DNA of 64,000 nt from Yoonia sp. (GTDB taxonomy: Bacteria > Pseudomonadota > Alphaproteobacteria > Rhodobacterales > Rhodobacteraceae): assembly GCF_046292185.1 (NCBI RefSeq), contig NZ_JBKBQY010000001.1, forward strand, positions 55,497 through 119,496. Reading direction: 5' to 3'. A program made the position numbers and the translations under genes. Positions 30,974 to 40,899 of the stretch are shown here, one piece after another; the first letter of the stretch is position 1, and every line of letters begins with the position of its first letter. The notes beneath the pieces were generated by a model. It was given only the letters and a program-made list of their open reading frames with translations. It was not told where the DNA came from and searched no databases.

Positions 30974-31729
30974 GTGATCACATTCGACTGGGTTTTCTTT
31001 GCGGTGGGAATTCCCGCCATCATGTTTGGCGGCATATCCAAAGGGGGATTCGGCTCTGGCGCGGCCTTTGTGGCAGGGGCGATTCTGGCGCTGGTCGTGC
31101 CGCCGGGGCTGGCTTTGGGGATCATCCTGCCCTTGTTCATGCTGGTCGATGCCGCCACGCTGCGTCCGTTCTGGAAGCAATGGCATTGGCCTTCGGCCAA
31201 GGGGATGATGCAGGGGGCGGTGCCCGGCTGCATCATTGGCGCGGTGCTTTATACAATGGTCGATGCTGATGTGTTCCGCCTGTTGATCGGGGTGATCTGT
31301 CTGGCTTTCGTGGCCTTTCAATGCGTACAATCTTTGGGCTGGCTGACCGTGCGGCGGATAGCATTTTCCCGCCCACTGGCTTGGCTGGCCGGGCTGATCG
31401 GCGGCTTTACCAGCTTTATCAGCCATGCGGGCGGGCCACCTACGGCAATTTTTCTTTTGTCCCAAGGTCTGAGCAAAACCGCCTTTCAGGCCACGACCGT
31501 GCTGACCTTCTGGGCGGTAAACTGGATGAAGGTGGTTCCTTACGCCTATCTGGGGATTTTCACGCTGGAAACGCTGACCGCCAGCGCGCTGCTCGCCCCT
31601 TTTGCGCTGCTTGGGGCTTGGATCGGCGTCCGCGCGCATCATCTTGTGCCCGAACGTGCGTTTTTCGCGCTGACATATGCGCTGCTTGTCGCAACCGGCA
31701 TCCGGCTGATCTGGGTGGCACTGGGCTGA
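30974..31729 (+). CDS. TauE/SafE (DUF81) family anion exporter
   Basis: 251-aa polytopic protein with a GTG start and internal-duplication features typical of DUF81. Confidence 0.8.
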   Translation: MITFDWVFFAVGIPAIMFGGISKGGFGSGAAFVAGAILALVVPPGLALGIILPLFMLVDAATLRPFWKQWHWPSAKGMMQGAVPGCIIGAVLYTMVDADVFRLLIGVICLAFVAFQCVQSLGWLTVRRIAFSRPLAWLAGLIGGFTSFISHAGGPPTAIFLLSQGLSKTAFQATTVLTFWAVNWMKVVPYAYLGIFTLETLTASALLAPFALLGAWIGVRAHHLVPERAFFALTYALLVATGIRLIWVALG

Positions 31730-31807
31730 TTTTGCCGGTTCATCGGAACATTTCACAATCTTCCTGCCGACCGCTTCGCATGCTTATGGCGGTGTCTTTC
31801 CGCATTG

Positions 31808-32116
31808 TCAGGCCGCATGCCGCAAAACTGGCAGCCACTTCTGCCGCCAGTCGAATGCCTGACCCGCTGCCACCAGACAGGTCAGCCCGTCATCGCCGGT
31901 GACGGTGAGTGTCCAGCTACCCGTATCGGCAGCGACAAAAACCTCTATCATCGTCTCGTTGGTGCCACGGTCCTTGAGTCGGCGGGTTTCGCCGTAAATT
32001 GTGGCCAGCCGCTGCACGACCAGATCATGATCGGCGCAAATGCTGGCATGTGCCGGGGTGGTGGTCAGCGCTATCGCCATCATCCCGACGTAGAAAGGTC
32101 GTTTACGTATGGTCAT
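31808..32116 (-). CDS. Small exported protein of unknown function
   Basis: 102 aa. Signal peptide MTIRKRPFYVGMMAIALTTTPAHA. Two Cys in the mature part. Preferred over the overlapping plus-strand ORF 31805..32164. Confidence 0.55.
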   Translation of the reverse strand: MTIRKRPFYVGMMAIALTTTPAHASICADHDLVVQRLATIYGETRRLKDRGTNETMIEVFVAADTGSWTLTVTGDDGLTCLVAAGQAFDWRQKWLPVLRHAA

Positions 32117-32250
32117 CCAATATCCTTTCCCCCTTCGCTTCGCATGATAGCCGCCAAAAATTGAAAAACTGTTAACGCCCCCTCCGCCCTTTCGTGCTGC
32201 AATGCGGCAAGATCAGGGTTGAATCATTGGCAAGATTCTGTCCAAGTTCG

Positions 32251-32265
32251 CGCAATATTATTGCG
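32251..32265. promoter_or_regulatory. Perfect 15-bp palindrome CGCAATA-T-TATTGCG, 11 nt upstream of the mcl2-like start codon
   Basis: Read directly. Immediately precedes RBS GAGGAAG. Related to the palindrome upstream of ecm. Confidence 0.45.
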
Positions 32266-32276
32266 AGGAAGATTCG

Positions 32277-33116
32277 ATGCAGGACCGCCCGACAAGATCA
32301 GCCCTCTATATTCCGGGATCGAAGGATCGCGCCTTGGACAAGGCGCGCGGATTGCCTGTGGACGTGATCCTGTTCGATCTGGAAGACGCGGTCACTCCTG
32401 ATGCCAAGATCGCGGCGCGCGACACTTTGTTCGCCGCATTGGCCGGCGGCGGCTATGGCGCGCGTCAGCGGATCGTGCGGATCAACGCGCTGGATACGTC
32501 ATGGGGCACGGCTGACGCCGCCGCTGTCGCTGCGATGGACTGTGACGCGATCCTGTTGCCCAAGGTGAACAGCCCTGCGGATGTGGATGCGCTGGCTGCT
32601 CTTTTGCCGGACCTGCCGATCTGGGCGATGATGGAAACGCCCCAAGGCGTGCTGAATGCCGCAGCGATCGCCGCCCATCCGTGTATTGCGGGCTTTGTGA
32701 TGGGCACCAATGATCTGGCCAAGGATATCGGGTCGCGCGGACGGCCTGCGCTGATGATGGCCCTGCAGATGTGTCTGCTGGCGGCCAAATCGGCGGGGAT
32801 CGTGGCGCTGGACGGGGTCTACAACGCCTTTCAGGATGACGACGGCCTGCGCGCCGAATGTGCCCAGGGCCGCGATATGGGCTTTGACGGCAAGACGCTG
32901 ATCCATCCCGCGCAGATCGCGATCACCAATGCGACATTCGGCCCATCTGATGACGATATTGCCCTGGCCCGCCGCCAGATTTCCGCCTTCGAGGCGGCAA
33001 AGGTCGCCGGTGAGGGCGTTGCCGTTGTCGATGGCAAGATCGTTGAGAACTTGCATATCGTCACCGCAAAGGCGACCTTGGCGAAAGCCGCCGCCATCGC
33101 CGCATTGGAGAATTGA
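32277..33116 (+). CDS. mcl2: HpcH/HpaI-CitE family protein, probable (3S)-malyl-CoA thioesterase (Mcl2-like)
   Basis: 279 aa, CitE-like (SALYIPGSKDRALDKA...DVILFDLEDAV). First gene of an operon ending with mch. From memory, mcl2 and mch are near neighbours in Rhodobacter sphaeroides. Confidence 0.65.
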   Translation: MQDRPTRSALYIPGSKDRALDKARGLPVDVILFDLEDAVTPDAKIAARDTLFAALAGGGYGARQRIVRINALDTSWGTADAAAVAAMDCDAILLPKVNSPADVDALAALLPDLPIWAMMETPQGVLNAAAIAAHPCIAGFVMGTNDLAKDIGSRGRPALMMALQMCLLAAKSAGIVALDGVYNAFQDDDGLRAECAQGRDMGFDGKTLIHPAQIAITNATFGPSDDDIALARRQISAFEAAKVAGEGVAVVDGKIVENLHIVTAKATLAKAAAIAALEN

Positions 33117-33661
33117 TGACATTGCTTATTCTGGGCCTGATCCTGTGGTCAGCCGTGCATTTCTGGAAACGCCTTACGCCTGAAAACCGCGCCCAGATGG
33201 GCGACAAAGGCCGGATCATCGTTGCCATCGGGGCCGTTCTGGGGATTGTGCTGATGGTCATCGGCTACCGCGCTGCGGAAGGTGCCATTTTCTGGGGCCG
33301 CAGCCCGGCGATGACAGGGATCAACAATCTGCTGATGATCTTCGCCGTCTATCTTTATGCGGCAAGCGGCGCGAAAACCCGGATCACCCGGAAAATACGC
33401 CATCCGCAGCTGACCGCAGTCAAGGTCTGGGCCATCGCGCATTTGCTGGTCAACGGCGATGTGCCGTCATTTGTCTTGTTCGGAGGGTTGCTGGCCTGGG
33501 CAGTGGTCGAGGTGATCCTGATCAACCGCGCCAACCGCGACTGGACGCCGCCGCCCGTTGCCCCGATGAAAAAAGAAATCACCGCTGTGGTCGCAACCAT
33601 CGTGGTCTTTGCAATCATTGCCGCCATTCACACATGGCTTGGCCCGAACCCATTTGGATGA
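33116..33661 (+). CDS. NnrU-family membrane protein
   Basis: ATG 33116 overlaps the mcl2 stop (TGATG). ~181 aa, 5 TM, N-terminus MTLLILGLILWSAVHFWKR is typical of NnrU. Confidence 0.7.
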   Translation: MTLLILGLILWSAVHFWKRLTPENRAQMGDKGRIIVAIGAVLGIVLMVIGYRAAEGAIFWGRSPAMTGINNLLMIFAVYLYAASGAKTRITRKIRHPQLTAVKVWAIAHLLVNGDVPSFVLFGGLLAWAVVEVILINRANRDWTPPPVAPMKKEITAVVATIVVFAIIAAIHTWLGPNPFG

Positions 33662-33665
33662 TCCC

Positions 33666-33869
33666 ATGAAAGTTTACCGTTTGCTGACTGAGGATGACAC
33701 CTCCGCCTTCTGCCACAAAGTATCCGACGCCTTGTCAAAAGGCTGGGAGCTTTATGGCAGCCCGACCTATGCCTTCGATCAGGCCAATGGCGTGATGCGC
33801 TGCGGGCAGGCCGTGACCAAGGATATCGACACCCCATATTCGCCTGATATGAAACTGGGACAGCAATGA
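33666..33869 (+). CDS. DUF1737-like small protein
   Basis: 67 aa: MKVYRLLTEDDTSAFCHKVSDALSKGWELYGSPTYAF... Starts 4 nt after the nnrU stop. ATGA overlap with mch. Confidence 0.65.
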   Translation: MKVYRLLTEDDTSAFCHKVSDALSKGWELYGSPTYAFDQANGVMRCGQAVTKDIDTPYSPDMKLGQQ

Positions 33870-34891
33870 CGAAAACCAGTGCGGGCCGGTTTTTCGAGGA
33901 TTACATCGTCGGTGATGTGATCACCCATGCCGTGCCGCGGACGGTCAAGATGGGCGAACGCGCGCTTTATCACGCGCTTTACCCCGCGCGGCATGCGCTG
34001 CATTCCTCGGATATGTTCGCGCAGGCCTGCGGCCTGCCGTTCAGCCCTTTGGACGATCTGGTGACTTTCCATACTGTCTTTGGCAAGACGGTGCCCGATA
34101 TATCGCTGAACGCTGTTGCCAACCTCGGCTATGCCGAAGGGCGCTGGATCACGCCGCTCTGGCCCGGCGATACGATCACCGCCACATCCGAGGTGATCGG
34201 GGTCAAAGAAAATTCCAACGGCACGTCGGGCGTCGTCTGGGTGCGCACCACAGGCCGCAACCAGCATGGTGACATGCTGCTGACCTATGTGCGTTGGGTA
34301 ATGGTGCGCAAACGTGGATCAGGACCTGCGCCATCGACGGTCGTACCCGACTTGCAAAAAGCGGTGAACGTTGCTGATCTGGTCATCCCACGCGGCCTTG
34401 ATTTCAGCGGCTACGATTTCGCATTGGCGGGTGAACCGCACCGCCTTGGCAATTATACCGTGGGCGAGGTGATCGATCATGTCGATGGCGTGACGGTTGA
34501 GGAGGCCGAACATATGCTGGCCACGCGCCTGTGGCAGAACACGGCCAAGGTGCATTTCGACGCGACCAATCGTGCCGATGGTAAGCGCCTGATCTATGGG
34601 GGGCATGTCATGTCGCTCGCGCGGGCCTTGTCATTCAACGGCTTGGCAAATGCGCAGATGATCGTGGCGCTGAACGGCGGCGGGCATGCCAACCCCTGTT
34701 TTGCCGGTGATACGGTGCGGGCCTGGTCCGAAGTGTTGGAGATAGCGGAAACCTCGGCCCCCGGCATCGGTGCGATCCGGCTGCGGCTGGTGGCGACCAA
34801 GGGGCAGGCGGGCCTGTTACGCGGGGCGGACGGGAAATATGACCCCGACGTCCTGCTTGACCTTGATTACTGGGCACTGATGCCGGTCTGA
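33866..34891 (+). CDS. mch: Mesaconyl-CoA hydratase (MaoC-type double hot-dog)
   Basis: 341 aa, two MaoC-like hot-dog halves. Context includes mcl2, ecm and ccr. Confidence 0.8.
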   Translation: MTKTSAGRFFEDYIVGDVITHAVPRTVKMGERALYHALYPARHALHSSDMFAQACGLPFSPLDDLVTFHTVFGKTVPDISLNAVANLGYAEGRWITPLWPGDTITATSEVIGVKENSNGTSGVVWVRTTGRNQHGDMLLTYVRWVMVRKRGSGPAPSTVVPDLQKAVNVADLVIPRGLDFSGYDFALAGEPHRLGNYTVGEVIDHVDGVTVEEAEHMLATRLWQNTAKVHFDATNRADGKRLIYGGHVMSLARALSFNGLANAQMIVALNGGGHANPCFAGDTVRAWSEVLEIAETSAPGIGAIRLRLVATKGQAGLLRGADGKYDPDVLLDLDYWALMPV

Positions 34892-34950
34892 CACGTGTTT
34901 TGCAATGCCGGGCCGTGGGCTGGGATATTCGAGCGAGAGACTGATCATAC

Positions 34951-34986
34951 TGTGATCACAGCCGAAAAATTCGTGATCACAAATGT
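34951..34986. promoter_or_regulatory. Paired GTGATCAC palindromes (34952-34959 and 34973-34980, centres 21 bp apart) upstream of sdhC
   Basis: TGTGATCACA-gccgaaaaattc-GTGATCACAAATGT. A degenerate TGATCA lies at 34942-34947. The proximal end is 135 nt upstream of the sdhC ATG. Confidence 0.55.
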
Positions 34987-35121
34987 AAAAAACCGCCAAA
35001 GCGCGGCATATTCACGCGGAAAAACCCTTGTGCTGCGCGTGACTCTGGCGGCTGAATGGTGCAAGTAGGAAGCCAAGGCGCTGTCGAGCCGGACAGCATC
35101 AAGCCACTGAAGGGAAGACTT

Positions 35122-35505
35122 ATGGCCGACGTGAACCGGGGCAATCGCCCGCTATCGCCGCATCTTTCAATTTATCGTCCGCAATGGACCTCCATCACCT
35201 CGATCCTTGTACGGATCACCGGCAACGCGCTGTTCGTCGCCGCCTTGCTGATTGTCTGGTGGTTCGTCGCAGCCGCGACCGGACCCGAGGCTTTTGCCAT
35301 AGCGAATGGCGTCATCACCAGCTGGTTCGGCAAGCTGATCATGCTCGGGTCGATCTGGGCGCTTTGGTATCACACCTTGGGCGGGCTGCGTCATCTGGTC
35401 TGGGATTCTGGCCGGATGCTGGACGTCGACAAGTCCGAAATGGCCGGTCAGATGATGGTCGCGTTGTCGGTGATCCTGACGATTTTCACCGTCATTATAT
35501 TGTAA
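35122..35505 (+). CDS. sdhC: Succinate dehydrogenase cytochrome b556 subunit
   Basis: ORF trimmed to ATG 35122 (MADVNRGNRPLSPHLSIYRPQW...), the SdhC signature. Confidence 0.93.
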   Translation: MADVNRGNRPLSPHLSIYRPQWTSITSILVRITGNALFVAALLIVWWFVAAATGPEAFAIANGVITSWFGKLIMLGSIWALWYHTLGGLRHLVWDSGRMLDVDKSEMAGQMMVALSVILTIFTVIIL

Positions 35506-35517
35506 GGGATATCGCAG

Positions 35518-35889
35518 ATGGCATTTCTGACAGATCGCAAACGCGCCGTTGGCATGGGTTCCGCCAAGCATGGCACACATCACCATTGGCAGATGATGGT
35601 CACTTCTGTGGCGTTGCTGGTGCTGATTCCGTTTTTTGTCTTCACTTTCGGCGCGACCCTTGGGGCACCATATGAAGAGGTGATCGCTTATTACCAACGG
35701 CCATTCCCCGCCGTGATCGCCATTCTGACCATGCTGGTCGGGTTTTTTCACTTTCGGCTGGGTGTCCAAACCGTGATCGAGGATTATGTCCATGGCATGG
35801 CCCGCAAGGCGGCCATCATTGGCATGATTTGTCTGTCTTATGCAGCGGCGGCGTTTGCGGTTTTCGCAATCATCCGCATCGCATTGTAA
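35518..35889 (+). CDS. sdhD: Succinate dehydrogenase hydrophobic membrane anchor
   Basis: 123 aa, 3 TM, HHHW region. Position between sdhC and sdhA. Confidence 0.9.
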   Translation: MAFLTDRKRAVGMGSAKHGTHHHWQMMVTSVALLVLIPFFVFTFGATLGAPYEEVIAYYQRPFPAVIAILTMLVGFFHFRLGVQTVIEDYVHGMARKAAIIGMICLSYAAAAFAVFAIIRIAL

Positions 35890-35910
35890 AATTTTTCGGA
35901 GCAACACCAG

Positions 35911-37716
35911 ATGGCCGCTTATGAATACGAGACACATACCTATGACGCGATTGTCGTAGGGGCAGGCGGCGCGGGTCTGCGCGCGACCTTAGGGCTGGCC
36001 GAACAGGGTTTGCGCACAGCCTGCATCACCAAGGTCTTTCCGACCCGGTCGCATACGGTCGCTGCGCAGGGCGGGATCGCCGCTTCCTTGTCCAACATGG
36101 GGCCGGACCACTGGCAGTGGCATATGTATGACACGGTCAAAGGCTCTGACTGGTTGGGCGACACGGATGCGATGGAATATCTCGCCCGTGAAGCACCCAA
36201 GGCGGTTTACGAGCTGGAACATTACGGCGTGCCGTTTTCGCGGACGGAAGAGGGCAAAATCTATCAACGCCCCTTTGGTGGCCATACCACTGAATTCGGT
36301 GAAGGTCCCGCCGTGCAGCGCACCTGCGCCGCCGCTGACCGGACTGGTCACGCGATCCTGCACACGCTCTATGGCCAGTCGCTGAAGCAAAAGGCCGAGT
36401 TCTATATCGAATATTTCGCGCTGGACCTGATCATGTCCGCTGACGGGATCTGTCAGGGTGTCATCGCGTGGAAGCTCGACGATGGCACGATGCATGTGTT
36501 CAACGCCAAGACCGTCGTGTTGGCTACGGGCGGATACGGGCGCGCCTATTTCAGCGCCACATCCGCCCATACCTGCACCGGCGATGGTGGCGGCATGGTC
36601 GCACGTCAGGGTCTGCCGTTGCAGGACATGGAATTCGTGCAATTCCACCCGACGGGTATTTACGGCGCGGGCTGCCTGATCACCGAAGGCGCGCGCGGCG
36701 AAGGCGGCTATCTGACGAATTCCGAGGGCGAGCGGTTCATGGAACGCTATGCGCCGAACTACAAGGACCTCGCACCGCGCGACTACGTCAGCCGCTGCAT
36801 GACAATGGAAATCCGCGAAGGGCGCGGTGTGGGCACGAATTCCGATCATATCCACCTGAACCTGAACCACCTGCCGAAAGAGGCTTTGGCCGAACGTCTG
36901 CCCGGTATTTCTGAAAGTGCCCGCATCTTCGCCGGTGTCGACGTGACCAAGGAGCCGATCCCCGTGCTGCCGACCGTGCATTACAACATGGGCGGTATCC
37001 CGACCAATTATTTCGGCGAGGTGCTGAACCCGACCGCCGACGATCCCACTGCGATTGTTCCCGGCCTGATGGCCGTGGGTGAGGCGGGTTGCGCATCAGT
37101 TCACGGTGCAAACCGACTCGGGTCTAACAGCCTGATCGACCTTGTGGTCTTTGGTCGTGCTGCCGCGATCCGCGCAGGGCAGGTCGTGGACCGGGCCGCA
37201 CCCAACCCGACGCTGAACCAATCATCAGTCGATGCCTGCTTTGACCGTTTCGATGGGATGCGCCACGCAAAAGGCAATGTTGGCACGGCAGAACTGCGGC
37301 TGGAAATGCAGCGTGCCATGCAGGCGGATGCGGCAGTGTTCCGCACTGACAAGACTTTGGCCGAAGGTGTCGCCAAGATGACCGCGATTGCGGGCAAGAT
37401 GGATGATATCAAGGTCACGGATCGCACCCTTGTCTGGAACTCTGATCTGATGGAAACGCTGGAACTGGCGAACCTGATGCCCAACGCTCTGGCCACCATC
37501 GTCGGCGCCGAGGCGCGCAAGGAAAGTCGCGGTGCCCATGCGCATGAGGATTACAGCAAGCGTGACGATGAAAACTGGCGTGTGCATACGCTGGCCCATG
37601 TCGAAGGGGCGAAAGCCACGCTCAGCTATCGGCCCGTGATCACCAAGCCACTGACGACCGAAGCCGAAGGCGGGATTTCGCAAGACCGGATCAAGCCGAA
37701 AGAACGGACATTCTGA
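35911..37716 (+). CDS. sdhA: Succinate dehydrogenase flavoprotein subunit
   Basis: 601 aa. [14 protein letters not shown] motif and [10 protein letters not shown] covalent-FAD His region. Confidence 0.97.
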   Translation: MAAYEYETHTYDAIVVGAGGAGLRATLGLAEQGLRTACITKVFPTRSHTVAAQGGIAASLSNMGPDHWQWHMYDTVKGSDWLGDTDAMEYLAREAPKAVYELEHYGVPFSRTEEGKIYQRPFGGHTTEFGEGPAVQRTCAAADRTGHAILHTLYGQSLKQKAEFYIEYFALDLIMSADGICQGVIAWKLDDGTMHVFNAKTVVLATGGYGRAYFSATSAHTCTGDGGGMVARQGLPLQDMEFVQFHPTGIYGAGCLITEGARGEGGYLTNSEGERFMERYAPNYKDLAPRDYVSRCMTMEIREGRGVGTNSDHIHLNLNHLPKEALAERLPGISESARIFAGVDVTKEPIPVLPTVHYNMGGIPTNYFGEVLNPTADDPTAIVPGLMAVGEAGCASVHGANRLGSNSLIDLVVFGRAAAIRAGQVVDRAAPNPTLNQSSVDACFDRFDGMRHAKGNVGTAELRLEMQRAMQADAAVFRTDKTLAEGVAKMTAIAGKMDDIKVTDRTLVWNSDLMETLELANLMPNALATIVGAEARKESRGAHAHEDYSKRDDENWRVHTLAHVEGAKATLSYRPVITKPLTTEAEGGISQDRIKPKERTF

Positions 37717-37991
37717 TGCGGCTGGTTGCGGTCATGTTCATCGCGCTGGCGGCCTGCGGGCCGGTCTCGCCCGAACGCGCCGCAGATCGCTGCGAAGAAC
37801 GCGCGCGCGATGCTCAGGGTCCTACGTTTGGGGGCACGGTCGGCGTGAACAGCAACAGCGGCGGTTTCGCCAGCGCAAGTATCGGCATCACGTCCGACGC
37901 GCTGCGCGGGCGTGATCCGTTGGAAGTCTATGACAGTTGTGTGCTGCGTCTGACAGGGCAACCCCCGATCAGACCGGCCCGGCTAAGATGA
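37716..37991 (+). CDS. Small lipoprotein of unknown function embedded in the sdh operon
   Basis: 91 aa. ATG overlaps the sdhA stop (TGATG). Lipobox in [16 protein letters not shown]. Confidence 0.6.
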   Translation: MRLVAVMFIALAACGPVSPERAADRCEERARDAQGPTFGGTVGVNSNSGGFASASIGITSDALRGRDPLEVYDSCVLRLTGQPPIRPARLR

Positions 37992-38031
37992 AAATACGGG
38001 CCGTAGGCCTGTGATTGAAGGAATGTAGCAA

Positions 38032-38811
38032 ATGGTACAACTGACACTTCCGAAAAATTCCCGCATGACGACAGGCAAGACCTGGCCCAAGCCCGAAGGG
38101 GCCACAAACCTGCGCAAGGTGCAGGTCTATCGCTGGAACCCAGAGGACGGGAAAAACCCGCAACTTGACACCTATTTTCTGGATATGGATAATTGCGGTC
38201 CGATGGTGCTGGACGCGCTGATCAAGATCAAGAACGAGATTGACCCGACGCTGACGTTCCGCCGGTCCTGCCGTGAAGGCATCTGCGGGTCCTGCGCGAT
38301 GAATATCGATGGGATCAACACGCTGGCCTGTATCTATGGCATGGATGAGATCAAGGGCGACATCAAGATTTACCCGCTGCCGCATATGCCGGTGATCAAG
38401 GACCTGATCCCCGATCTGACGCATTTCTATGCCCAGCACGCCAGCATCATGCCTTGGCTTGAGACTAAATCGAACGAGCCCGCCAAGGACTGGAAGCAGT
38501 CGATTGATGACCGCAAGAAGCTCGACGGGCTTTATGAATGCGTGATGTGTGCCTGTTGTTCGACATCCTGCCCATCCTATTGGTGGAATGGCGATCGGTA
38601 TCTGGGGCCAGCCGCGCTGTTGCACGCCTACCGCTGGATCGTGGACAGCCGGGACGAGGCCACGGGCGAGCGGCTCGATGATTTGGAAGACCCGTTCAAG
38701 CTCTACCGTTGCCACACGATCATGAACTGCGCCAAGACCTGCCCCAAAGGGTTGAACCCGGCCAAAGCCATCGCCAGCATCAAAGGCATGATGGTTGAGC
38801 GGGTGGTCTAG
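38032..38811 (+). CDS. sdhB: Succinate dehydrogenase iron-sulfur subunit
   Basis: 259 aa. Cys clusters [31 protein letters not shown]. Confidence 0.97.
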   Translation: MVQLTLPKNSRMTTGKTWPKPEGATNLRKVQVYRWNPEDGKNPQLDTYFLDMDNCGPMVLDALIKIKNEIDPTLTFRRSCREGICGSCAMNIDGINTLACIYGMDEIKGDIKIYPLPHMPVIKDLIPDLTHFYAQHASIMPWLETKSNEPAKDWKQSIDDRKKLDGLYECVMCACCSTSCPSYWWNGDRYLGPAALLHAYRWIVDSRDEATGERLDDLEDPFKLYRCHTIMNCAKTCPKGLNPAKAIASIKGMMVERVV

Positions 38812-38851
38812 GTAACAGCTTGATGCCAACGGCGGGGATTGGGCTCTGAAG

Positions 38852-39697
38852 ATGAATAAACTACCTGACGATGCCGCTGCCCGCCGGGCGGTCAAACCGG
38901 TAATCTGCTATCCTGTGGAAACACTGCCGCAGCCTGATATGGCGCTGCTGCAACGCGCGGCAGCCGGTGCGCAGGCGGCTGCGCGTGTCACGGTGCCGCC
39001 GCGCGATGCAGCGGCGATCCATGTGCCGGCGGGCCATGTCTTGCGGATTTCATCCGTCGATGGGCCGCAGGTCGGTGATCTGAACCTCTTTGCCGCCGAT
39101 AATCTGGATGAGCGGTTCTATTCCGGCAAGACCCGCGCCTTGCACGGAACACATGTCACGACAGGTGACAGGCTGTGGTCATCCTTCCCCTATCTGCGCC
39201 CGATGGCCACGATCGTGGCGGACACGCTGGGCTGGTACGGCATCGATGATTTCGGTGGCTCGGTGCATGACGTGATCGGCACACGCTGCGATCCTTATAC
39301 CGGGCGGCTCTTGTCCGGCGTCGATTATCACCATTGCTGCCATTCCAACCTGACCCGTGCATTGGCCGATGCCGCCGATCTGCCTTTGCATGAGGCCGAA
39401 CGCCATGTGCATGATGTGCTCAACGTCTTCATGTGTACCGGCTTTACCCGCGATACCGGGCAGTATTTCATGAAGGCAAGCCCGGTGCGCCCCGGCGATC
39501 ACCTTGATCTTTTTGCGGAAATCGACCTTCTTGCCCTGCTCAGTGCCTGTCCGGGTGGGGATTGCAGCGCCGAGCATTCCTCAGACACTGCCGCCTGCTA
39601 TCCGCTATTGATGGAGGTGCTCTCGCCGCAGGCGGGCACCCTGGACGGCTGGGTGCCACCAGCGATCAATGCTTATGACAGGTCACACGGCCGCTAG
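38852..39697 (+). CDS. DUF1989 (urea-carboxylase-associated) family protein
   Basis: 281 aa. Family resemblance from memory (…[25 protein letters not shown]…). Confidence 0.65.
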   Translation: MNKLPDDAAARRAVKPVICYPVETLPQPDMALLQRAAAGAQAAARVTVPPRDAAAIHVPAGHVLRISSVDGPQVGDLNLFAADNLDERFYSGKTRALHGTHVTTGDRLWSSFPYLRPMATIVADTLGWYGIDDFGGSVHDVIGTRCDPYTGRLLSGVDYHHCCHSNLTRALADAADLPLHEAERHVHDVLNVFMCTGFTRDTGQYFMKASPVRPGDHLDLFAEIDLLALLSACPGGDCSAEHSSDTAACYPLLMEVLSPQAGTLDGWVPPAINAYDRSHGR

Positions 39698-40398
39698 GAA
39701 AAGGCGGCCTGAAGCGCGATTTCGACCATATCCCCAAAGCTGCGTTCACGATCTTCCGCTGGCAGCGCCTCATGCGTGATCAGGTGGTCGCTGACTGTCA
39801 GCACCGCCAGCGCACGGCGCTTGTAACGGGCGGCGAGGATATATAGCTCGGCTGCTTCCATCTCGACCCCAAGGATCCCGTGGCGCATCATCTGGTCATT
39901 CAGATCGGGGCGTTCGTCGTAGAACGCATCGGACGAATAGATGCCGCCGACATGGGTTTTCACCCCTTTCGCCTGTGCCGCCTGATAGGCCGCCAGCAGA
40001 AGGCCGAAATCAGCGCTGGGCGCAAAGTTAAGCTCTCTGAAAATCCCGGCAGAGGGCGTCGACAGCGTGGTCGCGCTCATCGCGAGGACCACATCGCGGA
40101 TGCCGACATGATCCTGCATCCCGCCACAGGACCCGATGCGGATCAGTGTCTGGGCATCATAATCGCGGATCAGCTCGTTGGCATAGATCGACAGGGACGG
40201 CATGCCCATGCCAGACCCCTGTATCGTCACCGGATGGCCATGCCACGTTCCCGTAAAGCCCAGCATGCCGCGGACCTCGTTGATGCAGCGCGGATTTTCT
40301 AGAAATGTCTCTGCCGCCCATTTTGCGCGATAAGGATCGCCAGGCATCAGCACCGTGGGGGCGATGTCATCCATTGCAGCACCGATATGAATTGTCAT
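39694..40398 (-). CDS. deoD: Purine-nucleoside phosphorylase, DeoD (hexameric) type
   Basis: ORF trimmed to ATG 40396-40398 ([27 protein letters not shown]...), DeoD-like throughout. Confidence 0.9.
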   Translation of the reverse strand: MTIHIGAAMDDIAPTVLMPGDPYRAKWAAETFLENPRCINEVRGMLGFTGTWHGHPVTIQGSGMGMPSLSIYANELIRDYDAQTLIRIGSCGGMQDHVGIRDVVLAMSATTLSTPSAGIFRELNFAPSADFGLLLAAYQAAQAKGVKTHVGGIYSSDAFYDERPDLNDQMMRHGILGVEMEAAELYILAARYKRRALAVLTVSDHLITHEALPAEDRERSFGDMVEIALQAAFS

Positions 40399-40437
40399 TC
40401 GCCTCTCCTTTATGTCGAGGCGACAATAGCGCGGTGG

Positions 40438-40472
40438 CAAAGAAAGCGGGAGAGGGCAACGCCCTTTCCCCC
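40438..40472 (-). terminator. Probable intrinsic terminator of the H-NS-like gene
   Basis: Minus strand GGGGGAAAGGGC-gtt-GCCCTCTCCC followed by GCTTTCTTTG, 8 nt after the stop. Confidence 0.5.
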
Positions 40473-40479
40473 TGTTTTA

Positions 40480-40806
40480 TCAGATTTCCATCGCTTCGGG
40501 CGATGTGCCATCAGCCAAAGCAGCCTTAAACCATTGTGGTTGCCGGCCCTTCCCTGTCCAGGTCTGGTCTGTATCGGCAGGATTACGGTATTTCGCGGGC
40601 GCCGTTGCTTTTAGCGCGCCCTTGCCTTTGCGCCCGGCACTGCCGGTAATTTCTGCCAGCGAAAATCCATGTTCGGCGGCCGCTTTTTCCGCAGCGGCCA
40701 ATGCTGCTTTCTTGTCTTTTTCGGCAGCTTCAACGATTGCTTTTTCGACTTGAAGCTTGAGCTTTTCCAGCTCAGCCCGGGTCATTGAAGAAAGATCTTT
40801 ATTCAT
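40480..40806 (-). CDS. H-NS-family nucleoid-associated protein
   Basis: 108 aa. Coiled-coil N-terminus and C-terminal DNA-binding motif KYRNPADTDQTWTGKGRQPQWF. AT-rich flanks. Confidence 0.85.
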   Translation of the reverse strand: MNKDLSSMTRAELEKLKLQVEKAIVEAAEKDKKAALAAAEKAAAEHGFSLAEITGSAGRKGKGALKATAPAKYRNPADTDQTWTGKGRQPQWFKAALADGTSPEAMEI

Positions 40807-40899
40807 AATTTATTCCGCTATCGGTTACGTTCCAAGAGTATATAGGAAGCGGGTTTCGAATTACAAACAGCACTTTGACGTGAATACCTAAAAGGACAG

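Noticed and set aside
32161-32176. TTGA-N7-TTAAC, resembling a CtrA box (TTAA-N7-TTAAC).
   Set aside because: It has one mismatch in the first half-site, is a single copy, and has no cell-cycle gene context. That is too weak to call.
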